Positions 36,992 through 46,635 of a stretch of 64,000 bases of DNA are shown here, piece by piece (within the stretch, counting starts at the first letter, position 1; every line of letters begins with the position of its first letter). A model generated the notes under the pieces. It did not search any database and had not been told where the DNA came from. It saw nothing but the letters and a program-made list of their open reading frames with translations. The stretch is from an uncultured Planctomycetota bacterium. Lineage in GTDB: Bacteria > Planctomycetota > JBBTDB01. Made by a program: the position numbers and the translations under genes. The stretch is taken from contig CAZHAR010000025.1 of NCBI GenBank assembly GCA_964530615.1, forward strand, positions 2,129-66,128, in the 5' to 3' direction.

Positions 36992-38887
36992 GTGAATTCA
37001 AATAGACCTAAATTAACCACCGAAGAAGAAAAAAATGGTGCTGCTTCTCCAGATATCGATATGGACGAGCCGGATTTGCCACCCTCCGAAATCGGCGCAG
37101 ATTTTTCTCCAGAAGAAGATCCAGAACTCAAAGAAAAGAAAACGAAAAAAAATAAACCACGCCTTAAAAGTACGCTCCCAAAAGCAAAAACAAAATCAAA
37201 AAAAGAAAAAGAATTTGAAGAAAATCAAGAAATATCCACTCCATTACTTTCTGAAGAATTTACGGAACTCTTCCCCACCCATCTTCCTTCTCCCATTGAA
37301 ATTCACACTCCGCCCAAAACTCTTTTTCCAGAACTTTCCGCGCCGATTGAACCCCTTCCAAAAAAAGAAGTTTTAGCACCCCTCAACCCTATCCCTAAAA
37401 TTCCTTCTGTTCTCCATTCTGGGGAACCCGCTTCTCCTCAACAAGAGAATAGTGGCCCTGAGCCCGAAGAAAAATTCCCAAGGTATCCAAAAAAGAATCG
37501 CCCCTTTCGACAAGAAAAACGGGATTTTCAAGAAGAGGTTTCTTCGGATTCTCATGAAAACGATATCCCTTCTCCCTTTAAATATTCCCATAAAACGGAA
37601 CCCTACGAAACTCAAGAACGAAGCGAAATTCATCTAAATACCCTTCAAATATTGTCGCTAGAAAATTTACAAGAACTCGCCACAAAAAATAATCTTCAAA
37701 ATTATAAAAATCTGAAAAAAGAGGAACTCATCGTCCTTATTTTGAAAGAACAAGCTAAAAATAATGGACTTTTTTATGGAGAAGGGGTCCTAGAAATTCT
37801 CTCCGAAGGATTCGGTTTTCTCCGATCGTCTCGAAATAATTATCGTCCGGCGATGGATGATATTTATGTTTCTCCTTCACAAATCGCTCGCTTTAAAATG
37901 ATTACAGGTTCTACGATCTCTGGACAAATTCGGGCGCCCAAAGAAAACGAAAAGTTTTTTGCGCTTTTGAGAGTCGAATCCATTGATTTTAATAGCGTAG
38001 AAAATCAATTTATTCGAAAACCTTTTGACGTCCTAACCCCCCTTTACCCAAATTCACGACTCAAATTGGAAGTCGATTCTCCAGAGGATTGCTCCATGCG
38101 ACTCGTTGATTTGGTTTCTCCCATTGGAAAGGGTCAACGCGGATTAATTGTGGCACCTCCTCGTACTGGAAAAACGGTTTTATTACAACAAATTGCGAAT
38201 TCTCTGACCAAAAATCATCCCGAGATCATTCTCATTGTTCTCCTGATTGATGAACGTCCTGAAGAAGTAACGGATATGCAACGCTCGGTTCGTGGAGAAG
38301 TTATTTCTTCGACCTTTGATGAACCCGCTTCTCGTCATATTCAAGTGGCAGAAATGGTTCTGGAAAAAGCGAAACGTCTCGTCGAGTGCCGTAAAGATGT
38401 GGTCATTCTCCTAGACTCAATTACCCGTTTAGGACGAGCCTATAATACGGAGGCGCCTCATAGCGGGAAGATTCTCACCGGAGGAATTGATTCCGAAGCT
38501 TTACAAAAACCGAAACGTTTTTTTGGCGCGGCTCGCAATATCGAAAACGGAGGTTCTCTCACCATTCTTGCCACAGCACTCATTGATACGGGTTCAAAAA
38601 TGGATGAAGTCATTTTTGAAGAATTCAAGGGAACTGGAAATATGGAACTCTATCTGGATCGTCGCATCGCAGACAAACGAATTTTTCCCGCGATTGATAT
38701 TCAACGATCGGGTACTCGAAAAGAAGAATTGCTTCTCGAAGAAGAAGAACTCAAAAAAATCTGGTTGCTTCGTAAAGTTTTAATGGAAATGCAAGTCATT
38801 GATGCGATAGAAAAACTCAAAGAACGTGTGCGTCGCTCTAAAACCAATAAAGATTTTCTCCTGTCGCTGACTCCCGGAATTTCGTAA
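36992..38887 (+). CDS. rho: Transcription termination factor Rho with a long disordered N-terminal extension
   Basis: Motifs [46 protein letters not shown] and [11 protein letters not shown]. Confidence 0.97.
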   Translation: MNSNRPKLTTEEEKNGAASPDIDMDEPDLPPSEIGADFSPEEDPELKEKKTKKNKPRLKSTLPKAKTKSKKEKEFEENQEISTPLLSEEFTELFPTHLPSPIEIHTPPKTLFPELSAPIEPLPKKEVLAPLNPIPKIPSVLHSGEPASPQQENSGPEPEEKFPRYPKKNRPFRQEKRDFQEEVSSDSHENDIPSPFKYSHKTEPYETQERSEIHLNTLQILSLENLQELATKNNLQNYKNLKKEELIVLILKEQAKNNGLFYGEGVLEILSEGFGFLRSSRNNYRPAMDDIYVSPSQIARFKMITGSTISGQIRAPKENEKFFALLRVESIDFNSVENQFIRKPFDVLTPLYPNSRLKLEVDSPEDCSMRLVDLVSPIGKGQRGLIVAPPRTGKTVLLQQIANSLTKNHPEIILIVLLIDERPEEVTDMQRSVRGEVISSTFDEPASRHIQVAEMVLEKAKRLVECRKDVVILLDSITRLGRAYNTEAPHSGKILTGGIDSEALQKPKRFFGAARNIENGGSLTILATALIDTGSKMDEVIFEEFKGTGNMELYLDRRIADKRIFPAIDIQRSGTRKEELLLEEEELKKIWLLRKVLMEMQVIDAIEKLKERVRRSKTNKDFLLSLTPGIS

Positions 38888-38934
38888 CCTTTATCGATTT
38901 TTTTTGTTTCGTAAGCGGACTCTTTTTTTTCCTC

Positions 38935-39870
38935 TTGAAAAGCAAATTGTTTATGAATGACTATCTTCCCTTTGATTTATGGCAGTTAGAAATTTTTGTA
39001 AAATCGGTAGATTTTAAAAGTTTTTCTAAAGCCGCAGAAGCTTCGTATATCAGTCAACCCACCGTATCTACCCATATTTCCCAGCTCGAAAAGGTCTTTA
39101 AAACGAAACTCTTTGATCGTATTGGACGACAAATTGTTCCGACGAAAGCCGGAATCTTGCTCTATAAACACGCGAAAGAAATTCTCGACCGGAAACAACA
39201 CTTGATCGATGATCTTCAGAACTTTTTAGGCGTGACCCAAGGAGAACTTCTCTTTGGCGCTAGTACCACTCCGGGAACCTATATCCTCCCCTCCTTAATG
39301 GGGCGCTTCAAAAAACAATTTCCGCAAGCGACCATACAAATCCTTCTTGAAGACTCTCAACGCATTATCGATAAAATTATTCAAGGAGAAATTGAACTAG
39401 GAATGGTCGGAGCGCTTCCCGAGAATACCTCCGTTACCACAAAAGAATTTATGGAAGATGAATTGCTTCTTGTGGTTCCTAGCGACCATCCTTGGCGACA
39501 AAAAAAAACGATTTCCCTTTTTGAGTTGATGAAAGAACCCCTTTTCATTCGGGAGGTAGGTTCTGGAACAAGACAAATTGTGGAAGATATTTTCAAAGCG
39601 AAAGGCTATAAGATTCCTATCGATTTTAATACTTCAGTTCTGGGCTCTTCAGAAGCGATTAAACAAGCGGTTTTGAGCGGGCTAGGCGTTTCTGTTTTAT
39701 CTCGGTTTTCGATTAAACTGGAACTGCAACACGGCCTGTTGTTTCCTGTCCGGCTTGACGGAATCGTTTTTAAACGAAAGTTTTATTATATTTATCATGC
39801 TCCGCGATCTCTTTCTCCTCTGGCAAAATCAATGCTTTCTTTTTTAGAGCAACAAAAACCGGATGTCTGA
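38935..39870 (+). CDS. LysR-family transcriptional regulator (CysL-like)
   Basis: HTH SFSKAAEASYISQPTVSTHISQLEK; GASTTPG; REVGSGTR. Confidence 0.92.
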   Translation: MKSKLFMNDYLPFDLWQLEIFVKSVDFKSFSKAAEASYISQPTVSTHISQLEKVFKTKLFDRIGRQIVPTKAGILLYKHAKEILDRKQHLIDDLQNFLGVTQGELLFGASTTPGTYILPSLMGRFKKQFPQATIQILLEDSQRIIDKIIQGEIELGMVGALPENTSVTTKEFMEDELLLVVPSDHPWRQKKTISLFELMKEPLFIREVGSGTRQIVEDIFKAKGYKIPIDFNTSVLGSSEAIKQAVLSGLGVSVLSRFSIKLELQHGLLFPVRLDGIVFKRKFYYIYHAPRSLSPLAKSMLSFLEQQKPDV

Positions 39871-40627
39871 GAGCAATCTTACCTCGCAGAGGGTCCTTTG
39901 CGAAAAAAAGAATCCGCTTTCCTTGCTCTTTGTACGGGATAAAAGGAAACGTATGGTCATTACTATTGATGGACCTGCTGGAACAGGAAAATCAACAATT
40001 TGCGTTCAATTGGGCCAAGCCCTTGGATTCTTTCAACTCGATACCGGAGCGATGTTTCGCGCGCTTGCCTATCACGCTCTCCAAAAAAAAATACCGTTGG
40101 AAGAAGAGCCTTTGTGTCAATTACTCCAGGAAATGCAGTTAGAACTTCGCTCCACAAAAAAAGGGATGGGTGTTTTTGTTCAAAACGAAGATATCGGCGC
40201 TCATATTCGAACTCCAGAAATCGGAAATTTGGCAAGTCACTTAGGAACGTTCAAGAAAGTTCGAGAAATTTTACTAAAAATGCAAAGAGCCTATCGTGAA
40301 AAGTATTCGTTGATTACGGAAGGACGGGATATGGGAACCGTGGTTTTTCCAGACGCCGAACTGAAATTTTTTTTGGACGCGGACCCTAAAGTTCGGGCCA
40401 ATCGTCGCCTGAAAGACTATCAAGAAAAGGGCGAAGCGAAAAGCTTTGAGGATGTTTTAGACGAAATTATCAAACGAGATAAACAGGATAGAGAACGTCC
40501 GATTGCTCCGTTAAAACCTGCGGAAGATGCTATTTTAATTGACACCAGTTTGCTCAGTTTTGCTGAAGTCCAGAACGAAATGTTGAAGAAAATCAAACAA
40601 CGATTTCCGTCGCTTTTGTCCAAATAA
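39863..40627 (+). CDS. cmk: Cytidylate kinase
   Basis: Motifs ITIDGPAGTGKST, DTGAMFR, EGRDMGTVVFPDA and RDKQDRER. Confidence 0.95.
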   Translation: MSESNLTSQRVLCEKKNPLSLLFVRDKRKRMVITIDGPAGTGKSTICVQLGQALGFFQLDTGAMFRALAYHALQKKIPLEEEPLCQLLQEMQLELRSTKKGMGVFVQNEDIGAHIRTPEIGNLASHLGTFKKVREILLKMQRAYREKYSLITEGRDMGTVVFPDAELKFFLDADPKVRANRRLKDYQEKGEAKSFEDVLDEIIKRDKQDRERPIAPLKPAEDAILIDTSLLSFAEVQNEMLKKIKQRFPSLLSK

Positions 40628-40687
40628 CAAGATATTAAAAAGGATAGCGGGCGTATTAAATTCGTCCCGATAGAATTAATTTAAAGT

Positions 40688-41320
40688 ATGAACTCTCGAC
40701 GTCCCTGGTATTTGTTTTCTCAATTTATACTTCAATTTATGTGTGTTGGGTATTTTCGAATAAGGCTTTTTTTTAAAGAAAACGTCCCGTTACAAGGCGG
40801 ACTCTTGTTCGTATCAAATCATCAGTCGTATCTTGATCCCATTTTTTGTACGGTTGGAATCGCCAGAGAATTTCATTATCTCGCGCGCGATTCCTTATTT
40901 GTGATTCCTTTTTTCGCAAGACTGATTCGCTCGTTAAATGCGTTCCCTGTGGGTCGGGATCGTCAGTTTAAGTCTTCCCATTCCACCGGATCTCAATTTC
41001 TTACCGAAGGAAAAGCGCTAGTCATTTTTGCGGAAGGGACACGAACCCGTAACGGAAAAATCCAGCGATTTCATCCGGGCGCGGCCAAATTTGCTCATCG
41101 TAACCAAATACCCCTTATTCCGGTCTATATTCACGGGGCCTATCAAGCGTATCCGAAAGGAATATTTTTTCCGTTTCCGCGCTCGGTTCATGTTTTTTAT
41201 GGGAAACCTATCGAAGTGAAAGAATACGAACTTCTCGATGTTTCTCAACTGACCCAACTTCTTTTTGAGCGTGTTTCTGCATTAGAGGCCCAAGCAAACG
41301 TCCAAATTTTTTCTGCTTGA
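40688..41320 (+). CDS. plsC: 1-acyl-sn-glycerol-3-phosphate acyltransferase
   Basis: Motifs NHQSYLD, FAEGTRT and IPLIPV. Confidence 0.88.
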   Translation: MNSRRPWYLFSQFILQFMCVGYFRIRLFFKENVPLQGGLLFVSNHQSYLDPIFCTVGIAREFHYLARDSLFVIPFFARLIRSLNAFPVGRDRQFKSSHSTGSQFLTEGKALVIFAEGTRTRNGKIQRFHPGAAKFAHRNQIPLIPVYIHGAYQAYPKGIFFPFPRSVHVFYGKPIEVKEYELLDVSQLTQLLFERVSALEAQANVQIFSA

Positions 41321-41401
41321 TTCGTAATCTTTTAAAACTTAGATTATAATCCTCTCTCTTAATTCGGTAGGAAACCTTTTGTAAAACGTTAAATTTTTCT
41401 T

Positions 41402-42064
41402 TTGGTAAGCCCTAGTGAGTCTTTTATGTTTGTTACAGTGACCTGTTCTTGTGGGAAAAGCTTAAAAGCGCCTATCGCGGCGGCCGGCAAAAAAGCAAAA
41501 TGTCCTAGATGCGGAAGTATTTTTGTGGTTCCTTCTTCTCAAGCGACCGCCCCCGCTTCTGCGTCTAAGAAAGCGTCTCCAACTAGTCTAAGTGCTCAGC
41601 CTCCACCTCGTCCTGAAGAAAAAGCGGCGGGTCTGCCAAAAACGACAGACGGTCGACCTCCCAAATGTAGTGTCTGTGAGTATCGTACGGAAGAAATTCA
41701 GTATAGTAAAAAAGCAACGCTTTTTTGTGAAACGTGTTCGTTTTATTTCGCCTCTTACGAAAATATGTTGCACTTGATTCAGAATCCAGAAGCGCCGCCT
41801 GATCCCAAAATTAGTGTCAAACTCAAATTACTTTTAGAGTCACGCTACGAGGGGAACAAAGGCGAAGCCGGTAAAAAGAAGTGCTATTTTTGTAGTCAGC
41901 AGATGATCTGTTTCCACTATTATCGGGTGCCTACATTAGTGATTGAAGTGTGTCCGAAAGGTTGTGGTGTTCTTGTTGCGATTTCAAATTTCAAGAGAAT
42001 GCAAGCCTTAGAAAAAATGAATCTGAAATGGGCAGGCGAAATCCCATTTCCGAAAATTCCCTAA
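41402..42064 (+). CDS. Multi-zinc-ribbon protein (N-terminal CxC...CPxC ribbon, Pro/Ala linker, C-terminal TFIIB-type ribbons)
   Basis: TCSCGKSLKAP...KCPRCG, CSVC...CETC, CYFC...CPKGC. Confidence 0.75.
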   Translation: MVSPSESFMFVTVTCSCGKSLKAPIAAAGKKAKCPRCGSIFVVPSSQATAPASASKKASPTSLSAQPPPRPEEKAAGLPKTTDGRPPKCSVCEYRTEEIQYSKKATLFCETCSFYFASYENMLHLIQNPEAPPDPKISVKLKLLLESRYEGNKGEAGKKKCYFCSQQMICFHYYRVPTLVIEVCPKGCGVLVAISNFKRMQALEKMNLKWAGEIPFPKIP

Positions 42065-42079
42065 GCAAGCTTAAGGAAC

Positions 42080-42107
42080 GGTAAGGACGCGCTGAATCGC
42101 CCTTACC
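42080..42107. repeat. REP-like palindrome between convergent genes
   Basis: GGTAAGG-acgcgctgaatcgc-CCTTACC. The reverse complement GTAAGGGCGATTCA resembles GTAG-type REP ends. Confidence 0.6.
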
Positions 42108-42129
42108 CCTTTAAACGTTAAACTTTAAG

Positions 42130-43233
42130 TTAGAAGCTGAAATCGAAATCCGTGGCTTTTGAGCCTTTATTAATTCCACGAATCGCCATCTTTAATTCAT
42201 CCGGCTTATCGGAAGCGCCCATCGCATCTTCTAGAGAAATAAATTCTCCTTTATAGAGGACTAACAGGGATTGATTAAAGGTTTGAGAGCCATAGTATTC
42301 GCCTTCTTCCATACATTTGGGAAGATCTTTGGTTTTTCCTTCGTACAGAAGTTCTCGCATCGAGGGAGAGGCCATTAAAATTTCGACCGCTGGAACACGT
42401 CCTAATCCTACTTTTTTCTTAATTAACCGCAAAGAAACAATTCCAGCAATGGTAAGCGAAAGCTGTGTTCTGAGCAAGCCATGTTGATGCGGAGGGAAGT
42501 ACGACATAATGCGTTCGACCGTTTGTGTTGCGTTAATTGTATGGAGTGTTGAATACAAAACGTGTCCGGTTTCCGCGGCATGAATCGCCGCTTCAATCGT
42601 CAGAACATCGCGCATTTCTCCCACAAGAATCATGTCTGGAGATTGACGCATCGCGTGTTTCAAGGCGTGGGAAAAAGAATGGGTATCAATTCCGACTTCG
42701 CGTTGTGAAATAATGCATTTTTTTTCTTGATGGATAAATTCGACCGGATCTTCAACCGTAACAAGGTGTCGACTTGTCATACGATTGGCATAATCTAGCA
42801 TTGCGGCAAGTGTTGTCGATTTTCCAGAACCTGCAATTCCTGTGATCAGAACCATTCCTCGGTGGAGCAGTGCGAGTTTTTCCATGGGTTCACGAGGTAA
42901 GTGAAGTTCTTCAAAAGGAGGAATTCGGCTATTAATATGACGAAAAACAAATCCAAGTTCGCCTTGTTGAACATAGACGTTGACGCGAAAACGTCCGACC
43001 CCTTGGCAGATATAAGAAGTATCCGCTTCTTTTCCTTTTTGAAAATCATCCCACATTCCTTCTTCCACAATCGCTTCAAAAAGGGAACGAGAAAACTCTC
43101 TTGTGGTGGGTTGCTCCTCTAAAAAGCGAATTTTCCCATCGATTCGAGCCGAGGGACGACTTCCTGTTTTTATGAAAAGGTCGGACGCATTTTCTTGCAC
43201 CATACGGCGAAAGTAAGTATTAACATCAATCAC
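42130..43233 (-). CDS. pilT: PilT/PilU-family type IV pilus retraction ATPase
   Basis: Walker A GIAGSGKSTT; TVEDPVEF; SQREVG; ILVGEMRD; AAETGH..YSTLHT. Confidence 0.88.
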   Translation of the reverse strand: MIDVNTYFRRMVQENASDLFIKTGSRPSARIDGKIRFLEEQPTTREFSRSLFEAIVEEGMWDDFQKGKEADTSYICQGVGRFRVNVYVQQGELGFVFRHINSRIPPFEELHLPREPMEKLALLHRGMVLITGIAGSGKSTTLAAMLDYANRMTSRHLVTVEDPVEFIHQEKKCIISQREVGIDTHSFSHALKHAMRQSPDMILVGEMRDVLTIEAAIHAAETGHVLYSTLHTINATQTVERIMSYFPPHQHGLLRTQLSLTIAGIVSLRLIKKKVGLGRVPAVEILMASPSMRELLYEGKTKDLPKCMEEGEYYGSQTFNQSLLVLYKGEFISLEDAMGASDKPDELKMAIRGINKGSKATDFDFSF

Positions 43234-43352
43234 AGGTTATTCTCCTTGAATCCAAGAAAATAGCTAAAAAAAAACCTATCAAATTTTCTGAGTTAATCCC
43301 CTTTTCGATTTCTTATGTCTTCTAACTTGAGTCGAGAAAAAAAAGAGTTCGG

Positions 43353-43790
43353 TTAAGATGAAAGTTTATTTAATAAAGCTTTAAAAGAGTCCTCTCCTCG
43401 AAGAAAATCCAGCATTTCCTCATTTTCAAGTAGTTCTTTGTCATGAAATCCTAATGTAATTGCGGATTCGAGAGCCTGAAATGCTTTTTCTTTCATTTTG
43501 AGAGAAGCATACAAACATCCTAAACGATAATAATGAACGGGATTTTCGGAATCTAGGCGAAGTAAATGTTCTAGGACTTGGATTCCTTTTTTTAATTCTT
43601 TTTTTAAAAAATAGCGGTTTTCTAAAAAACGTAGAGCTATTTCAGGTTCAGGATAAACATTCCAAAACGTTTCATAAAAATTTTCTAAAAAATCTTGTTC
43701 TAACCGTTTTGAACTTTGAGGATTTAATTTAATTTGGGCCAGTTCAGAAAAAACAACTTCTTCACAAAACATAGTGCTGAAATCCTTCAC
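43353..43790 (-). CDS. TPR-containing hypothetical protein
   Basis: PVHYYRLGCLYASLKMKEKAFQALESAITLGF is TPR-like. Confidence 0.75.
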   Translation of the reverse strand: MKDFSTMFCEEVVFSELAQIKLNPQSSKRLEQDFLENFYETFWNVYPEPEIALRFLENRYFLKKELKKGIQVLEHLLRLDSENPVHYYRLGCLYASLKMKEKAFQALESAITLGFHDKELLENEEMLDFLRGEDSFKALLNKLSS

Positions 43791-44047
43791 TCTGCAAAGT
43801 TAAGCGCAAAACGACTTCTTGTAGGATGCCACTTCAGTAGACAATAATTTTTACTAAAAAATTGAAAATATTTCTTAAGAACTTCTCTTTTTTTTTTAAG
43901 AAGGTTTGTTTATTTTGGCGTACTCTCTATTTTAGATCAAGTGTGATTTCCGGTATTTTTCATCGCGCTCTTGATTTTTCTCAAAATTCCGCTATTTCCA
44001 TTCAAACTTATTTTTGTTGAACAATCAAATTATTTCTTGAAAGAAAG

Positions 44048-45271
44048 ATGTTTATGGTGACCATTTACCCCTTTAAAGCGCTTCGTCCGCTTCCAGAACT
44101 CGGCGCTCAAATGGCTTCTGTACCCTATGATGTCATTACTCGTGAAGAAGGGATTCTTTTGGCAAAAGGGAAACCCTACAGCTTTTTACATGTGATTCGT
44201 CCCGATATCGATTTTCCCCCAGAAACGCCCCCAGAAGATCCTCAAGTTTACTTACGAGCGAAGCAAGTTTTACAAAGCTGGATACAAGAAAAACGGTTGA
44301 TTCAAGAAAAAACTCCGCAACTTTATCTTTATCAAATTCAACAAGGAACACACCAGCAAACAGGGGTTGTTTGTTGTTCCTCTCTTGCTGAGTATGAAAA
44401 AAATATCATTAAAAAACATGAAAAAACCCGGAAAGATAAAGAAGCGGATCGCGTACAACATTTTCGAACCGTATCCGCTCACGACGAACCTTGCTTTCTT
44501 CTCTTTAAAACCTTTTCTCCGTTGAGCAAACTTATCCAGCAGGGGCTTTCTGTGGCGCCTCTTTACAATTTTACTTCTGAGGATGGAATCGCACATCGTC
44601 TCTATCCGATTGCCGACCCGTCGCCTTTTGTTTCCGCCTTTCAAAAAGTGTCTGAACTTTACGTTGCCGATGGACACCATCGCACTCAGGCGGCTTATCT
44701 TCTTTGGAAGGAAGCACAGACTCGTTTTAACGATCCGAAGAAAGTACCTCCAGAATATGAACGTTTTTTAACAGTCCTCTTTCCGCAAGAACAACTCCGA
44801 ATTCTTCCGTATAATCGTATTATTAAAGAAATTCCACCCGCCCTTAAGGAGCGCTTTTTTGCACAGTTCCAACAAAAATTTCCGCAAGTTCAGGAACCCC
44901 TACGCAAAGGCGTTTTTCGCATTTATTGGAATTCCCGCTGGACCGCACACCAAATCCCGAATGCACTTTATGGGAAAACACCCGCGGAACAACTGGATGT
45001 GGCCGTCTTACAAAAAGAAATGTTTTCCGCCCTCTTTGAACTTCACGATCCGCGTACCGATCCGCGATTTTTATTTGTCGGCGGAGGTTCAGAAGAAAAA
45101 ATCCAGAAAATGGTGGATGAACATCATTATCCCTTAGGGGTCTCTCTTTTCCCCGTTGCGATTGAAGAGTTAATTCGGATTTCGGATGCAGGAGAAATTT
45201 TACCTCCTAAATCGACTTGGTTTGAACCTAAACTTCGCTCTGGACTTTTTCTTCACCTTTTTGAGAGTTAA
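44048..45271 (+). CDS. DUF1015 family protein
   Basis: Motifs SVPYDVI, IKKHEKTR, YVADGHHR and LPPKSTWFEPKLRSGL. Confidence 0.9.
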   Translation: MFMVTIYPFKALRPLPELGAQMASVPYDVITREEGILLAKGKPYSFLHVIRPDIDFPPETPPEDPQVYLRAKQVLQSWIQEKRLIQEKTPQLYLYQIQQGTHQQTGVVCCSSLAEYEKNIIKKHEKTRKDKEADRVQHFRTVSAHDEPCFLLFKTFSPLSKLIQQGLSVAPLYNFTSEDGIAHRLYPIADPSPFVSAFQKVSELYVADGHHRTQAAYLLWKEAQTRFNDPKKVPPEYERFLTVLFPQEQLRILPYNRIIKEIPPALKERFFAQFQQKFPQVQEPLRKGVFRIYWNSRWTAHQIPNALYGKTPAEQLDVAVLQKEMFSALFELHDPRTDPRFLFVGGGSEEKIQKMVDEHHYPLGVSLFPVAIEELIRISDAGEILPPKSTWFEPKLRSGLFLHLFES

Positions 45272-45273
45272 GG

Positions 45274-46572
45274 ATGAATCTTTCTGACTTGGATCAACAT
45301 CGCCAACAACAGCATTCCTTTAACAGTAAGATGATTATTCTTGACGGAGTCAGTTGGGTTGCCGGAATGACGTTTATTCATCCCAATGTGGTCATTCCCG
45401 GTTTTTTGCTTTATTTTTCTCCAAATCCCCTCTGGCCGAATCTCATTTTGGCGATGACTTATATTTGTCTTGGACTTTCCCAAATTTTCAGCGTTTTCTG
45501 GATTCAACGCTGTGCGACGCTAAAAAAACCTCTTCTTTATTGTGTTTTTTTTCAACGATTTAGTCTCTTTTGGGTTGCAATTACGCCGTTCTTTATTCAG
45601 AATCCAGATTTTTTTTACCTGAAAATCTGGATGGGCTTTTACACCGTCTTTTATTTGGGATGTGGTCTTTGTTTTCCAATTTGGTTTTCGATGGTCGGAC
45701 GAACGCTTGACCCGCAGAGACGCGGGAGCACTTTAGGGAAACAAGTCTTTTTTGCAAATTTAATGGGGACCCTTATGGCGATTTTTGTCATCTGGCTGTT
45801 GAAGCAACCCTTCCCTTTTGCCACAAAATACGGAGCCTGCTTTTTAATAGGCTGGAGCTTGACTTGTCTCAGCTTTCTTCCACTGGCGTCTCTTCGAGAA
45901 ATTCCATTGCCGTTGCTCGCTCCTCCGCTTCCTGTTTTCCATTATTTCCGAAAGTTACTACAAACGTTGATGAATGTCCATTTCCGTTGGTTTTGTTTGG
46001 CGATGATTTGCTGGACGGGCTCGTTTATGGTTCAAGGATTATTGGTCAAACATGGGCTCGAACAATCTCCCTCGGTACACGATCTCTTTGAGCAAAATGA
46101 CGGATGGATCGGATTTTGGACCTTATTGATTCTCTTTTCGCAGGCTATTTCTGGAAAAGTGATCGGTCAACTGGCGGATCGTTTTGGGGCTCGTTACAGT
46201 CTGGGGTGCAGTTTTTTACTCTATGCCCTTCTCTCAGGATATGCGGTGATTCCTCAGTCTCGTTTAAGTTATAGTCTGGTTTTTATTTTTTTAGGCTGGG
46301 CGATCAGTTGTTTTTTTGTTGGGTTAGCGACACTACTTGAGTTTGCTGAGCCTCAAAGCACCCCGTTTTATATTTGTGTTCAGGAAATGATTAAGGTTCC
46401 TTTTTTACTCTTTTTTTCGATGCTGGGTGGATTCCTTTATCACTGGAAACCCGAAGCCTCGTCCGTTCCTATAGGACAATACCTATGTTTTGGAGCGGCC
46501 ACCTTCTTTAGCTTAGCCGCCGCCGGAATCCTCTTCTTCAAAATCCCATCCCGAATGGCTATGAACCCCTAA
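45274..46572 (+). CDS. MFS transporter
   Basis: About 12 TM helices; GQLADRFG motif A. Confidence 0.85.
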   Translation: MNLSDLDQHRQQQHSFNSKMIILDGVSWVAGMTFIHPNVVIPGFLLYFSPNPLWPNLILAMTYICLGLSQIFSVFWIQRCATLKKPLLYCVFFQRFSLFWVAITPFFIQNPDFFYLKIWMGFYTVFYLGCGLCFPIWFSMVGRTLDPQRRGSTLGKQVFFANLMGTLMAIFVIWLLKQPFPFATKYGACFLIGWSLTCLSFLPLASLREIPLPLLAPPLPVFHYFRKLLQTLMNVHFRWFCLAMICWTGSFMVQGLLVKHGLEQSPSVHDLFEQNDGWIGFWTLLILFSQAISGKVIGQLADRFGARYSLGCSFLLYALLSGYAVIPQSRLSYSLVFIFLGWAISCFFVGLATLLEFAEPQSTPFYICVQEMIKVPFLLFFSMLGGFLYHWKPEASSVPIGQYLCFGAATFFSLAAAGILFFKIPSRMAMNP

Positions 46573-46635
46573 CCCATTGGCCAAGCAAATCCCCATTTTT
46601 GAAAGGGGGCGATTGCCTCGATGGCAATCGGGGGA

